From Priapulus caudatus (Eukaryota): DNA of 46,775 bases. Positions 23,866 to 36,923 of the stretch are shown in pieces (position 1 is the first letter of the stretch; each line of letters starts with the position of its first letter). The DNA is taken from positions 163,962 through 210,736 of the forward strand of contig NW_014577063.1 of NCBI RefSeq assembly GCF_000485595.1, written 5' to 3'. The position numbers were made by a program, and so were the translations under genes. The notes below the pieces were generated by a model. That model was not told where the DNA came from. It did no database searches and saw only the letters and a list, made by a program, of their open reading frames with translations.

Positions 23866-24940
23866 TCCAGGTTAGTTGCAGCTAATACCTTCTATGCGTC
23901 TTCTTCCGCGAGCGTGTGGCAGAGGCGAGGAAAGGCAACAACATGTAGATACGTATGCGCACGCGTGTGTCTGCAAGGTCTACTACAGAATGCGTGTGTG
24001 CGTCTGTGCGTGTTTAATACAGTGGCAAAGTCTACAGAGGAGCTGTTGTGATCCAGGTCCAGTGTTAGAAGATAGGTAGACATTAAGTGTGCATAATGGG
24101 GTAACACGAAGATTGTAATATCTTACTACCTTTAGCGAGAGGGAGTGGGAGAACATGTGTTTGTGTGTGCGTGTACGCGTTTAGGCCGTGTTAGACACTT
24201 TTTTTAAGAAAGTTTCTGTAAGGCCAGACATCCATTACTTTCTACCAGTATGAAGGTTCATTATATTGCAACGTTTAAAGCGTGCAAATTTAATTGATTT
24301 CTCTGCGAGATATTATTCTTAAGGAACCATGTATGTTGCCTTTTTCTCTCATTGCAGTTCAGTGACTGTTGGTTTGCTCGCACCATATTAATGACTGTTC
24401 TAATTTGATACGAATTTTCTAAAAATTACGTTCGCTCTTTCACCACTGCATGCTGACGCGAAGGCGTGGATGCGATGGACGCGTCGCCGCACATTCATCT
24501 CTGATCATGAATCCATTGGCGTATGTTCAGTAGGTCCAACTGTAGATCGGTTGTGGAGCGATTTAGTCGCCGTCATCGTCTCCCTATACCTAATTAGTGT
24601 TGCGTTTCCTGTGCGAATATTAATGAGGTCTCTGACGATCAGTCGGTGATTGCGTTGACGCTGACAGCGTTACGAAAACATTCCGTCGACAGGGAACAGG
24701 TATTCGAGAAGCCGATGCAAAGATGGCCGCTGCGCCGCGTGATATCTCCGTTTCATATTAAATGTCGTGACAACATTCCTCGGTGCGTCGATGTCGCCCG
24801 CTGACTTCTTTCCTCGCGTCGAAGCTGTTGTCGACTTCATTGTTAATCGGTTTTGTGGGCGAAAGTGGTGCTAACTACCATGAAGTCATAAACTGCGAGC
24901 AGCGGTTCGCTGACCACGTATAGGACGAGTGGAGTAGAAG

Positions 24941-25022
24941 TAACTCTAGAACTATCGCCTCCCATGCTCCGCATTGCGTGGCACATGTAATGGCGGAGCA
25001 TGGGGCGATAGTGTTAGAGCTA
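24941..25022. mobile_element. TAGCTCTAG-family palindromic micro-element
   Basis: taactctagaactatcgcc...ggcgatagtgttagagcta, imperfect 82-bp hairpin. Confidence 0.7.
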
Positions 25023-28000
25023 GAGTAAATCCCGCTCCAGATGAGACCAGCGTCAAATCGATTTATATATCATTAAAGTGGAAGTAGATCGCATCGTTTT
25101 TTATCTGGCGTTCATCTGAGGGGGTCGCGCCGTTTTAGACCCGGCTGTTGCGCTGCGGGCACGGTTGCTCTGCCAGGGTGCATGACACCATACAAGGGTT
25201 AGGCGGCTGTCTGCCTACCTACGCACACGCGAGGCTCCCTGCGCGGCTATAACCAGATCAGCTCGTCAGCGCCTGCCCGCATGTGTTGGCAGCGACGGGT
25301 TTTTGTGATGTGAATCCATAAGTACGAACTGCACCTTGCAGGCATGCTTTCGTGCGCTTTTAACAGGCAGCCCCTGGGGTTTACGCGCGCGCACGGGCTT
25401 GCGCGGCTCCCTGTTTACGACGGCACGTGGTATTAATGGGTTCACCCCCTTGTTTACGACCACACCCCCTTGTTTGCAATAGCGTGCTATTTTGTGCATT
25501 GCCCCTTGTTTATGATGGTGGGCCATTCGTTTGACAAGTGGTGTGTAATTTTCTACAATACTAATTGTTTATAAACCAAGCATGTTAATAAATTATTTTA
25601 AAAAGACTTTTTTACCAACAAATCATCATTGAAGCTATATGTGTATATTTACTACTATATACGAGACTGTTGAGACTGTTTTCATCTCACTTATTTATAT
25701 TTGTTATTGCTTTATATTATTATATTTGATCATTCTGTTTGTTGTTTATATTTATTTATTTATATATTTATTTATATATATATTTATTTATTTACTTATT
25801 CATTTATTTGTATATTTGATTATTATAGAAACGATCACGTTTATATAGTTAAATAATTATATATTAATAATTATATATTATATATATATAATCATTGCCC
25901 ATCTGACTGCATCCATCGTTAAGCAGCACTTCGCATCAGAGATATCTAGAGAGTAATATTGTTGTAATTCAGTCTAACCTCTTCATTCTCCTTTGTCACC
26001 CCAATGGGAGGGGAATTAAGTTCATGGTCATCCACCCTGCAGATGTATTTCAGGGCGTTTATACCGGAACACCAACGATAGTGTGCTGTTTATAATTATA
26101 GGAGCTTTAATTGTTATTTTGGCTGCACACAATCGCCGATATGAAGCGAACATAAGATATGAAGTATGTTTGTGCCTATGGCTCGTTTACAGTAGATCTC
26201 TTGCGGATACAAAGCGTGCGTTGCTTCCTGAATTGTCCAAACATAAATATTCAGAGGAGAAAACGATCTTACAATAGTACCTATGTATGTCTTGCGTTGA
26301 CCTTTTTTCAAATACAAGCAGCGGCAAAAACGAACGTTTTTCTGGGCTGGTGTAGCTTGTACGAGTCTTGCACGGCAAACACAACCGTGGTGTTGAAATG
26401 TGAATGATAGTTAGTTCTGTACCAAATTTAGCGGTTCACTCACGTTGCAAAATCATTTGTGGGCGACAACACGTAGTTATATAAGATTCACGTCATAATC
26501 CTCAGCACTGGGATCCTTCCTGGAAACAATAGCTTGCCGCCTATTCGCGCGGTCATTGCCTTCCTATTGAGGAGGCTGTAATTTTGACAGAATTAATTTA
26601 CAAAAGGGAGCAAATAATGTTTATTGACTTAGATTAGAAAGCTATATTTCTATTAGAGCAAACAAGTTTGGTTATCACTGATGAGTTGACTGGCGATTTG
26701 TCGGTGGGCTGGTGTGATTTTGTTGCTGTTACTGGGTTAGATTGTGGTTAGGTCCCCCTAATAAAGCCACCAAGGTAGATGAATGAGGTTTGAGTTGCTG
26801 AGGTAATATGTCAGGCTGTGGCAGGGTAACTTGTAAAAGGGGATCTAAAATCACTGCTAAAACTGCTGGCCCCACAAAATTTTGACGTATATAATGAAGA
26901 TTTCCATCAATCAGAGCATGCACTCCTATTTCAGACAGTGCAGTTTCTCATTTTATTCTTGTATAAAAAAGGAGTCTGGAACCAGTAAGTTGGGCAGCGT
27001 TGGGCAGTGCTAAAGATGGGATAGTTCATTGCGGCATGGTTCCAGCTTAGGTCTTGTCCGGTGGTGTTTGTGGGCAGTTTACGAATAGTGTGTTGTAGTG
27101 AATCAAACCCAGTTTCCAGCGTTTTCGCGTTCGAATCTGATCCTGCTGTGTGTATACTCTCCCGTAGGTCAACGTTATTTAACCCGTTCCCGGTATGTAT
27201 ATGGCCAGGATGTATATGGTCAGGATGTATCGTAGGCGTTTGTTTGTGGATATTTGAAGTTTATTGCTTGATGTCGTTGTTGTCAAGTGGGTGGGATGCC
27301 ACTTATGAAACCACGAACTATTCGCCGTAGTCGTTGTTGACGATTACATCAGATCAGTTTGAAATTTGTGGTGCTAAAACGCCTCGTAAATTTCATCAAA
27401 TAAACGCGAGGCATCTGCGTTAGCGGTTAATTCTAGCTCTAGTCGGCCATGCTAGTACTGCAATATACAGTCAGACGTCTGGTAGCGAGTACTTCTGTAG
27501 AACATGCGCTCTTGGCGCTTCCCTTGAATTGCAGTTACACCGCGAAAAACTTCTATATTACATACACCTGTGTATAAAGGATACTTTCGAGGTTTCCCTT
27601 GAGTGACCATTGAGTGATATTTGATTGCTGATTTTCTGAATGCACATAATGCCTTTCGTGCGCCATAATGCACACGAGTGTACTCCGCAGCTCCCGTCGG
27701 CGCTATATGTAGTACATGCACTGCTGTTCTGTCCTCCAGATATCAAAATAACCGTCATGCTCGTAACTTCACCTTACTTACATGTAATAGCGTTATATGC
27801 TAGACGAGGCGCACGTTGCTTCACACGGCTACTGTGCCTGTTAATCACTGGTAAATGTACTGACATGTTAGACCTGTATACACTGCCAGCAGATCTCCCG
27901 TCGTTTCCTGTTTAACCAAACGTTAATATTTCTATAATAACAGAGCTTTTGTGCAATAATTGTAGACACATCATGTTCTTTAATAGCAGGTTGTGGAGAT

Positions 28001-29746
28001 ACGACTAACACCATTCTTCTTGTTTGTTTGTAACCCTCTAGCTTTCAGCTGTGGTTTGACTAACAACTGAACCCTCCTGCCTGCACTCATCACATGACCC
28101 ACAGGTTGCATTTGATTGGCTCAGGCACAGGACTAACCAAGCAGGTGTGGATGCATCGGCGCCCTCTAAACTCACATCTGGGGTGTGCAGCCACCCCATT
28201 ACTGGACAGTAAGCACTCTCCTATTATTTCCTTCAGACTAATGTTTTTAGTCTGTCATATCTCAGTGCCATAATGTAGATTTTATTAATAATTATTTGTT
28301 TTTTTAATAATAATATTGGACTAAAGAATCTTTGTGAAGATAGATCAAAAGTGACGCTGGTAAGCAACGTTGACGTTATAGCGTGTGCTTCGTGAATCTC
28401 ATGGTTGTAGTAAAAAAGGACTAGGTAGCAGCTAGTGGCTGGTACCTCTTCAGATGTGATATCTTAACCTTGCATACAGGGTTACGACATGCGTCAGTGT
28501 TTGCCGTGAAGTATTTAACATTTAATTTCACAGTTTCTTGGCTCCACAGTTTTTAATCTCTTGAATCTAATCTGTTTCCTCATTCCTGAGTGCAATATAT
28601 TACCACATTAAACGATTGGATAAATTATTATAGCTACGTGAAAAATTCCATGTGCTGGCTGGCGATATTGGTTATAATATAATTGTCACTTCTGTTGAGT
28701 TGTGACACAATTTCTTATCGTAGCTTGGCTTTGGCAAAAATCGGTCAAATTGCATGCCGTAGGAATACCTGTTAACTGAAACGCGGCGGCAACAAGACAT
28801 GAGGCAATAATAGCTTATCTGTCGACTAAAATGTGGGGTAGCGAAAAAACGCAAGGGTCCACGTGGAATTTTGAGTTTATGTGATAAAATTCTAATTATT
28901 GTTGTGCTGACGTATTGCACTCGGGATTTGTGAAGCCGGGTTACATTCCCCAGGTTTTCCACCATGTAGGGAAGTAACTACAAGAATAAGTGGTTAATAT
29001 TTCTCTCCCTGAGTGAGTCAATATGTGCCTCACGGCCAACATTGGCATGGTTGGTAACCCGGTTTGCAGGATTATAATGTCGTATCAATTACTATATATG
29101 CATTTGAACACAACATTTGGTTTTATTTATTTGTGTTCGTGCACCAGCATTCTTGACTAATTTTGTTAGGGAGCATTGAGTAAGAACCTCTCTCCTGTCA
29201 ACTTGTGTTATGTATATTAGATGTAGACTGGTGTCGTTATTAAGGTTAATTGTACACACGAATAGCAATACGTTCAATAAATATTTCTAGTAGGTGTCAT
29301 AGAAAGATACTTGTGAAATGGGCAGGTAGCGGGAAATTTCGATATACTGTAACATAGGAAACGTACCTTGTGGATTCACATGTAATTTCATCGAAAAATT
29401 GCCCCTACTTGGTATTAACATCCTGGCTAGGTGTTGACAGATTATGTGTCTGTGTTGTTAATATGCTGACCAGTTAACAGCAGTGGCATTAATGGTTGGT
29501 CGTAATCAGGCAATTCAGAGTAGACAAAAGAGCGGGAGTAGCCAGTGGCGCATCGCAGTGCAGTCAGGCAGGCGATAATAAACTTAAAAACTAATATTAA
29601 AATGACATTTAAGAATTACTGTGACTTATACACGCAGGTGATTATTCTGTGCTGTGACTGCTAGCGAATAGCGTTGGCGTAGGGAGGTACTGGCGGTTAC
29701 TTATACTTTAGTTATCCGCGCAGCAGATGTCCTGATATAGTCATAT

Positions 29747-29808
29747 CAAGAGCTAATAATACCTATAATTAGTATAAATAATAATAGTACTAATATTATT
29801 AGCTCTTG
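29747..29808. mobile_element. CAAGAG...CTCTTG palindromic remnant, P-superfamily-like
   Basis: Arms caagagctaataata / tattattagctcttg with a perfect 7-bp duplication GTCATAT (29740-29746 and 29809-29815). Confidence 0.75.
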
Positions 29809-31135
29809 GTCATATGCTTCTCTGTCTCACTACCTCCACTAATCATTTGTCGATTACGCTAGCGTCACTAGGGGTGTAGCTACGTCGCGTGGGCTCGTGC
29901 GTTGTAACGTACAAGAATCACGAGACGTACAAGAGACTTTGGTGTCGATGTGCTGAGCTGGTAATCAGCTCTGTATACCTACGTATAGAACGAGCATGTG
30001 TTTATTACGCATAGATTCGTGCGCGTAGGTTAACAGTAAGAAATTCAGATAGTATAAGGATAATGCAGAAAATTCAACGATTACGCGGCCACCTATTTGG
30101 CAGATATAATAGGTGTGGTTCGAGGTCTAATAGGTTAGCTCTCTATTTGTGCGGAAAGGCAAACTGTTGCGAAGCGAAGGGCTGCACAGATAGAGCTATA
30201 CTTCGGTGTGCTGTATGATGGTATATGATATATGGTGTATGACTGACGTGTCACCAGAGATGTGTGAAACCATGGATCCTGGCTTGTACGCAATGAAGGT
30301 GTTTGGCAGAGACGCCCCCACTTGTATGTGTATCACATAAGCAGATGATGTAAATTACCACAGGTGGGGCAAGCGCGAGTAAAAAATCTGAAATCGACTG
30401 AAATCTGAACGAAATGATCTGTTAGACGTTTCGTAAAATTTGCTAACAACATAGCCCGTGGTGGTTTGCACTGTCGTGCAGGGTTTTATGTATGCCTTAC
30501 CTGGTGAACATACATAGCACACTATATTTCTACTTAGAAAATTATTAAGTAATGTCGATTGTTGTTAGTTTGGGGGGAGTGTGGTACCTAATGGTGACGA
30601 TATTTGTTTTTGTGTGTGTTATGAATAAGTTTCCACATTGACAGAGTGATAGAACATGGTGGCAGGTTTTATTTCTAATATTATGAATAATAATATTTGG
30701 TGCTTTTACATGATAGGGATATTATCAGATGATATTATTGTATGACTGCGATTTGTATACACTGGATTTTTTGGATTTCAATTATATATTATATATGTTC
30801 TGTCAACACCATTGTTATGGTACTTCCAAATTCGAAAAAATCAAAATAGGTAATGATGGATTCATTGTTACCAAGTAGTATTTTCACACTCAAATTAATT
30901 AGTTTGCTTGCCATTTTTTGTTATCCCTGATGATATTTCAAAGATTTGTTGAACTGAAGTTTGTTATGGACCTAGATCTGAAGTAAAAGTATTTTCAGTG
31001 AGAACGTGCGTAAGGTTTCATGATTTTCCTTGGTTTGTACTTTTTCGCTTGTGATTGGTTGGAATAGACTTGATAGATTTCACACCAATAACCTCCATCC
31101 TAAGTTGGTAGCACGATTCACGTAGTATCATAACG

Positions 31136-31195
31136 TACACATACACACGCACACACACGCACAGGCGCACGCTCACGCATGCAGACACGCGCGTA

Positions 31196-31235
<40 letters not shown>

Positions 31236-31241
31236 CACACA
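31136..31241. repeat. (GCAC)n/(CA)n microsatellite
   Basis: Direct reading. Confidence 0.9.
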
Positions 31242-31360
31242 CCGTAGGTCAGTGAACCACATGAGATACGCTACATACCCTTTTGGAAGTTCCGACTATA
31301 AAACATTCGCATGTACTATTGCACTTAAACATTTTAAAGTTGAGAGAGGTTGCGGACCTA

Positions 31361-31476
31361 ATAAAGCCAACAGATCCACTCAACGGAATTTTTTATAGAG
31401 AATAAAATATAAATTAATATCGATTTACATTTTATTCTCTGAAAGAAATTCCGTTAAGTGGATCTATTAGCTCTAT
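31361..31476. repeat. About 115-bp imperfect palindrome (MITE-like)
   Basis: ataaagccaacagatccactcaacggaattt...agagaataaaa pairs with ttttattctct...aaattccgttaagtggatctattagctctat. Confidence 0.8.
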
Positions 31477-33431
31477 GAAATAGCAGATACAATAAGTAAC
31501 AAATTGTTTAACTCCACCACATTACAGTGTTACCATTTACATTGTTTCTACTATTTTAATTACATTTAACAAACCATTTCAGTATGAATCAATTCCCTAT
31601 CTCTGAATACAATGAATCACGCATGAAACAATGTGATACATAATTCTACACAAAACCCACAGCTTGAATTAGCTGTCAAGCATGGCCATTTATAACGACC
31701 GTTATTAAGCGACTGACTACGTTGTAAACAAAACGTTACAGGTTGTGATCAAAACACCAGTGTAACTACCAAAATTAACTTTTATTCATATCAGCGTACA
31801 CATCGTGTTAGGAGTGAATAAAAGCTCGGATCTATACATGTACGCGCGTGCGTGTGTGCGTGTGTGTATGTATGTGTGAGTATGCGTGCATAATAAACCA
31901 TTTTATGTTATCAAAATACTAGCCCTTCTAGTGGGCGTCCGATGATACCCACCCTTCTCCTACCTCCTATACGCCTTCTCCTGGCGTTCGTCTAAGCTAT
32001 ATGACCTTATCAAAGTTTGAATCGGAAAGAAATGTTCCATATTCTTTGCACGATATAGTCGGTGAAATATACGGCCAGCATACGGCGTGACGGTAGCCCC
32101 GAGCCATCAGCACCCCTCGTTCAAGCCCCTTCATGCTGCTGCGCAGTCGAAATACCCTATCTTACTGCGGCCATGTACAGCGCACAGTCGAATCTGTCCT
32201 CCGTATTGCTAGCCTACCCTTTTCCTACAATCAATCATGGCTGACAGCCATGTGCCCAATCTCAATCTCAATTGAGCCTTCGCATAAATTCCATCGCGTG
32301 TTATTGCCCGTGTCTTGGCCGGGACCCGCGTCCCTAAAAAACATTTCGCACATGTCAGTTCAAGAAGACGATGGAATAAGGAATCGCACACAAAAATCTT
32401 TCCACGGAGCAAGTTCTTTTCCTCGAGAGCTCTGATACGATGGTCTCCTATCACGCCAGCATCGCCGTTCGGGTTACGCCACTAATCACAGTTCATCCAC
32501 GCCGTGTGTTATACAGCTTTCTTTAGCCGGCATCGAATTTCCGCATTATCATCCCCGAGCTGTTTTTCAGGCAGTGCACAATCGGTTATGTAGACGGCAA
32601 TATCGGCATCGTGCCATGTTTTTACGACTAGACGAGCTTCGCGTATATAGGGCCCAAAAACAGTTGTTAACCCTTTAGGAGGAAACGCGCCGGATTTACG
32701 GGCCAGTGTCATGTCTTGTTTTAGACCATAAATCCTACATGCAAGTATAATGTTGGAGCTCTGATGCGGGCTGTTTACGACCGTCTAGTTGAAATATCGA
32801 GTTCTCTTCTAGAACACCTTATGTACTTGAATAACAATGCCTGCCACGGGCGCCCCCACACATGGGGAAGATTGCAGCCTTACAGAACATTGTCTTGCAA
32901 TTCAGCACACAGCATGGCTGTTTCCAGCTTGGTACAATTACCCGCCTTCAAACGAATCCGCTACTCAGCTTCATTGTACAGAGTCAGGTACAAGAGGAGG
33001 TACAGAGTCGACCGAGGTGTGACGAGTTAGCCCCACTAGCAGTCGTCTGTTTATGTAACCTGCGGCGGGGCTCAATATGAAAGCGCACTCTCATGATTTT
33101 CAAGTGATCAACGCCATTAATATATTAAATATAGTTTATAGTATATAGTTATTAGCATATGCAGACGTATCGGAATATTCATGTTTACTCACTGACAGTA
33201 CCAGTGAGACTATGCCTATAGACTAAAAATCGAAGCGTCTCAGTTTTTAGTAACGGGCATTTTTAAGTATAGGATGATATACCTTTGCAGATCAAAGCAC
33301 GTACATAAATACTGTTATGAAATACTGATTATGCGTGTGCATAAGTAAGGATTGTTGTTTTTGAATTGATTTTTTCCCCGTTTTATTTCATACCGCACGA
33401 TATTGTGAAATCGAATTCAGTTAGCTCGTTA

Positions 33432-33874
33432 AGCTGGGGGCACACGAGCGTATTTTTTCGCCCGATCGCGACGATTAATATCGCCAGCGAATTTATACGC
33501 CCGATCATGAAGGGGCACACGTAGCGAATTTGAGAGCGTACGCGTACGCCACTCGACGGAATCACATGATCACATGATGCATCACATCAGGAGATCATGA
33601 TGCATCCCTATTATACACTCCTGATCACATGATATCAACAACACGTCCGATTGGTTTAAAAAAATCGATCGCTCGACAAAATACGCCGGACACGGGCACA
33701 CGAGCGAATTTGCAAGTAAATAATCGGCCGAAAATATCTAACATTTTTGATACGGGCGATTCGTACGGGCGTACGAAATCGGCGTCGACGTGAAAGGGCA
33801 CACGGGCAAATTTTTCGAGCGATTTTAAAATTCGCCGCGATCGGGCGATAAAATACGCTCGTGTGCCACTACCT
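33432..33874. mobile_element. Non-autonomous PIF/Harbinger-like MITE
   Basis: TIRs ag.....ggcacacgagcgtatttt.tcgcccgatcgcg / cgcgatcgggcgataaaatacgctcgtgtgcc.....ct, with TTA on both sides (33429-33431 and 33875-33877). Confidence 0.8.
33588..33623. mobile_element. CAGGAG...CTCCTG remnant nested in the Harbinger-like MITE
   Basis: 36 bp with a perfect 7-bp duplication ATCACAT (33581-33587 and 33624-33630). Confidence 0.65.
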
Positions 33875-34246
33875 TTAGCGAACGGATCGGATGAGAGAGC
33901 TATTCGCATCAGTCACTCTTGATCACATCAAGATCACATGTTTATGACGTGGCGGCCATTTTGATTAAACGTGACGCGCACTTCCGGTGATGGAGGTAGC
34001 GGCTGCGGCCCACGCCTTTGCGACGAAAGACGCCAACGACAGCTTTGATTTGGTGTGAATGTTAGACGCACATGTGCACACACACATAGCACATCGATTT
34101 GATTTAGGGTGCGCGCACATGTGGTATTACCAAGCACGTCGTAACCTATAGTTGATATCGTAAATTTTATGCAGCTATAGCGCAAGATTCAGAGCGTGCA
34201 TAGTGGCGCACCCTAATATTTATTTGCTGCTGAGATTGGTGTAGGC

Positions 34247-34298
34247 CATAGAAATAATATAGATAACCTATAACCTGGTTATCTATATTAGTTCTATG
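34247..34298. mobile_element. CATAG...CTATG palindromic remnant, P-superfamily-like
   Basis: 22-bp arms with one mismatch. Flanking 8-mers gtgtaggc / gtgtatgc. Confidence 0.65.
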
Positions 34299-36251
34299 GT
34301 GTATGCTTACAAACGCGACTCAAGTTGGTAACACTGCATGTATACCGTGCTATTCGTCACTCGTGCGTCATCTTCGTAGTCTTCTTTTTCCGTCCCCTGC
34401 TTCTTTTTATTGTTGTTGCTCTTCTTCTTCTTCCTTATTCTTGCGTGTTCTTCTTATGGGAACATCCGGCCGGTCGGTTGTATATACAGCCACTTACTTT
34501 CCAGCAGAACACCGTGCTTTTATTAGGTAGCTGTAATAGGCTGTGAGCTATGTAGTGTAAGCTAGGTCTCTATGAATCAATAACGGTGTATTGTGGCGGA
34601 CTAGATTATCATGGCGGTATACCGGCATCTCTTCAAAGCAGCTCTAATATTGCGACGCAATTTATATATTATTGGAGCCATGACGTGAAATTAATTCATT
34701 TTAAATCGCGTACGTGTCTGTATACAGAGAAGCAGAACAGTCTTGGTTCACACTGACTTGCTCCTCAATCTGGTCAGTAGTGGGCATCTTATTGTAACAA
34801 TATGACGTCACCTTGGGTCATCCCCCACCTGCCTCTATCGATCATGGTATGTCACTGCCACACACACAAGCAATGCATTTGATTCCCGACGGGATGTATC
34901 CTTAATTCCAACCACATAAATCTCCTTTTTTATATGTTTATAACATGTTGGTGAACTCTGACCAGTCACAAACCTCCAGCAACACGATTTTCTAAACATT
35001 TATAACACGTAGGTGCATTCTAGAAGAATAAAATTCGGCGGATTTTACATTAAATAGCATTTATTTGACAATACACAAAGGCCAACTAATCTGCCGTGCA
35101 GAATGTTTGTCTGTCGTCGTTCACACAGACGCCGCTAATAATAATATTCCTCATCATCATGTACCGTAAGTACATTACACCCAATATATTATTAAACATT
35201 AGTTGTCGCCGCTCGTTGTCTCCTTGCGGTGATAGTTACAAAGCTGCAAATATAGACACGTGCAATCGTACTAGCGTGTACAGACGCTACGCAACTGTGC
35301 TGCCTGCTGCTTCCCTCACACATAACACGCACTGGAGTCTGTGCGAACCAAAAAGCAGAGTATACTGGCTACCTTCCTGAGGGTATGCCGTAATACTAGC
35401 AGTTAAAAAATGCTACATATCATCGTGTGCAGTATTATTTAACTCCTGATAATATCTTTGGCTTCATGCAAGGACCGTGGAACGGACACAAGCGAACTAA
35501 TGCAACACTACATGAACTACCGGGTCAACTTCCGGATTAGCCAGACGACCGCCTCAACAGTGACGCGCCGAGATGGCAACACACATGTCGTGACGTCACC
35601 ACCCACTGCGACGACCAGCCGCTACGCATGCTGCGTGACGCGATTCACCATCACGTGTGACGTCACAATACGCAATATGCGCGTGCAAAGTGCGGCTACT
35701 CTGTCGTGAACAAAGTATTGTTTTTGCTACTTGAATGTTGTTTTACTAGCAATAGATGTCTGGCTAATTACAAAAGATGCGCCTTGACACGTCAGTAGTA
35801 TGTAGATCACAACCAGCTGTCCACGCATCGCGCTTCACTTCTGCTCTCACCAAGCAACGTGCGCATAACACGCTAGAAGACAGCTTACACGGAGGGGAGC
35901 TGTTATTTTCAGGACGCGGGACCGGAGTCACCAGACCACGTCAATTATAAAAAAAAACAGGGGAAATACCTGATAATTTCCCGTGATTTGGGAAAAGAAG
36001 TCAACCGAGACGCAGGAAAGATCTGCATCTGGCGTTTTGTTTGGGCCGGGAACTAGGAAATGGCATATTTATTACCCGCGTAACTGGGAATGACACCCCC
36101 CCCTCCATTCCCCCTCCACACGCGATATCCACATTCGCGCACACAGGGAGTTCCCTATGTAAACACACCGCCATTACACAACTGCACGCTTAGCTAGGCA
36201 GCAAGTACACAGCCCTCACAAATAACTAAGCACGCACGGCTCGCCACGACG

Positions 36252-36323
36252 TAGCCCTAGAACTATAGCCCTTCCCTCTGCCACAGGCCTGTGGCAGAGC
36301 GAAGTGCTATAGTTCTAGAGCTA
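36252..36323. mobile_element. TAGCTCTAG-family palindromic micro-element
   Basis: 72-bp hairpin with flanking 9-mers gccacgacg / gcaacgacg. Confidence 0.75.
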
Positions 36324-36817
36324 GCAACGACGTAGCACGCACGCTGCGCGGACAACGACAAGTACGATCAGGTGAGAAAGATAACTCAACAGCTAATCAA
36401 AGGTGTCACACGTAGCTATAGCTGTGTTCGTTCACGAACAAAGAGCATCGTTACACGGATGCAGCTAGGTCACACATAGCAAACATAAAAACACGAAAGC
36501 TAAACGTGATATTGACCCTCGTCGAGTTTATACGTGTAATGTACTGATTACCTCTACCGCAGAGAGTATATACACTGTTACGAGCCATTGGGTGCTCATT
36601 TACAAGTTACTGCAAGGTCGTAAATCTCTGTATATCTCGTTTATTCCTAAGTTAACCTCACAACATGCGTAATATGACGAACTAGTAAATCCCTTATAGG
36701 AACAGCTGCTGCGAGAGACGATTTGCAGCGTGAATATGGAATACAAACCGAATGAGCACAGCCTTAGAAGCCACCATGGGCCGATTCTAGAAAACGCTGC
36801 TTCAACATGCTACAGCA

Positions 36818-36889
36818 AGCACGCACGCACGCACACGTACAACCAACCACACACACACACGGCGCGCACCGCACTGGGACACACACCAC

Positions 36890-36923
<34 letters not shown>

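Noticed and set aside
24662..24761. Frame VTKTFRRQGTGIRE... resembling a QKI C-terminal tail
   Set aside because: Lacks HPY, wrong phase at the nearest AG, no pyrimidine tract. The real tail exon is at 23789.
26500..27420. Possible retroelement remnant on the minus strand
   Set aside because: Strand-biased composition but no reverse transcriptase or endonuclease motif that I can identify.
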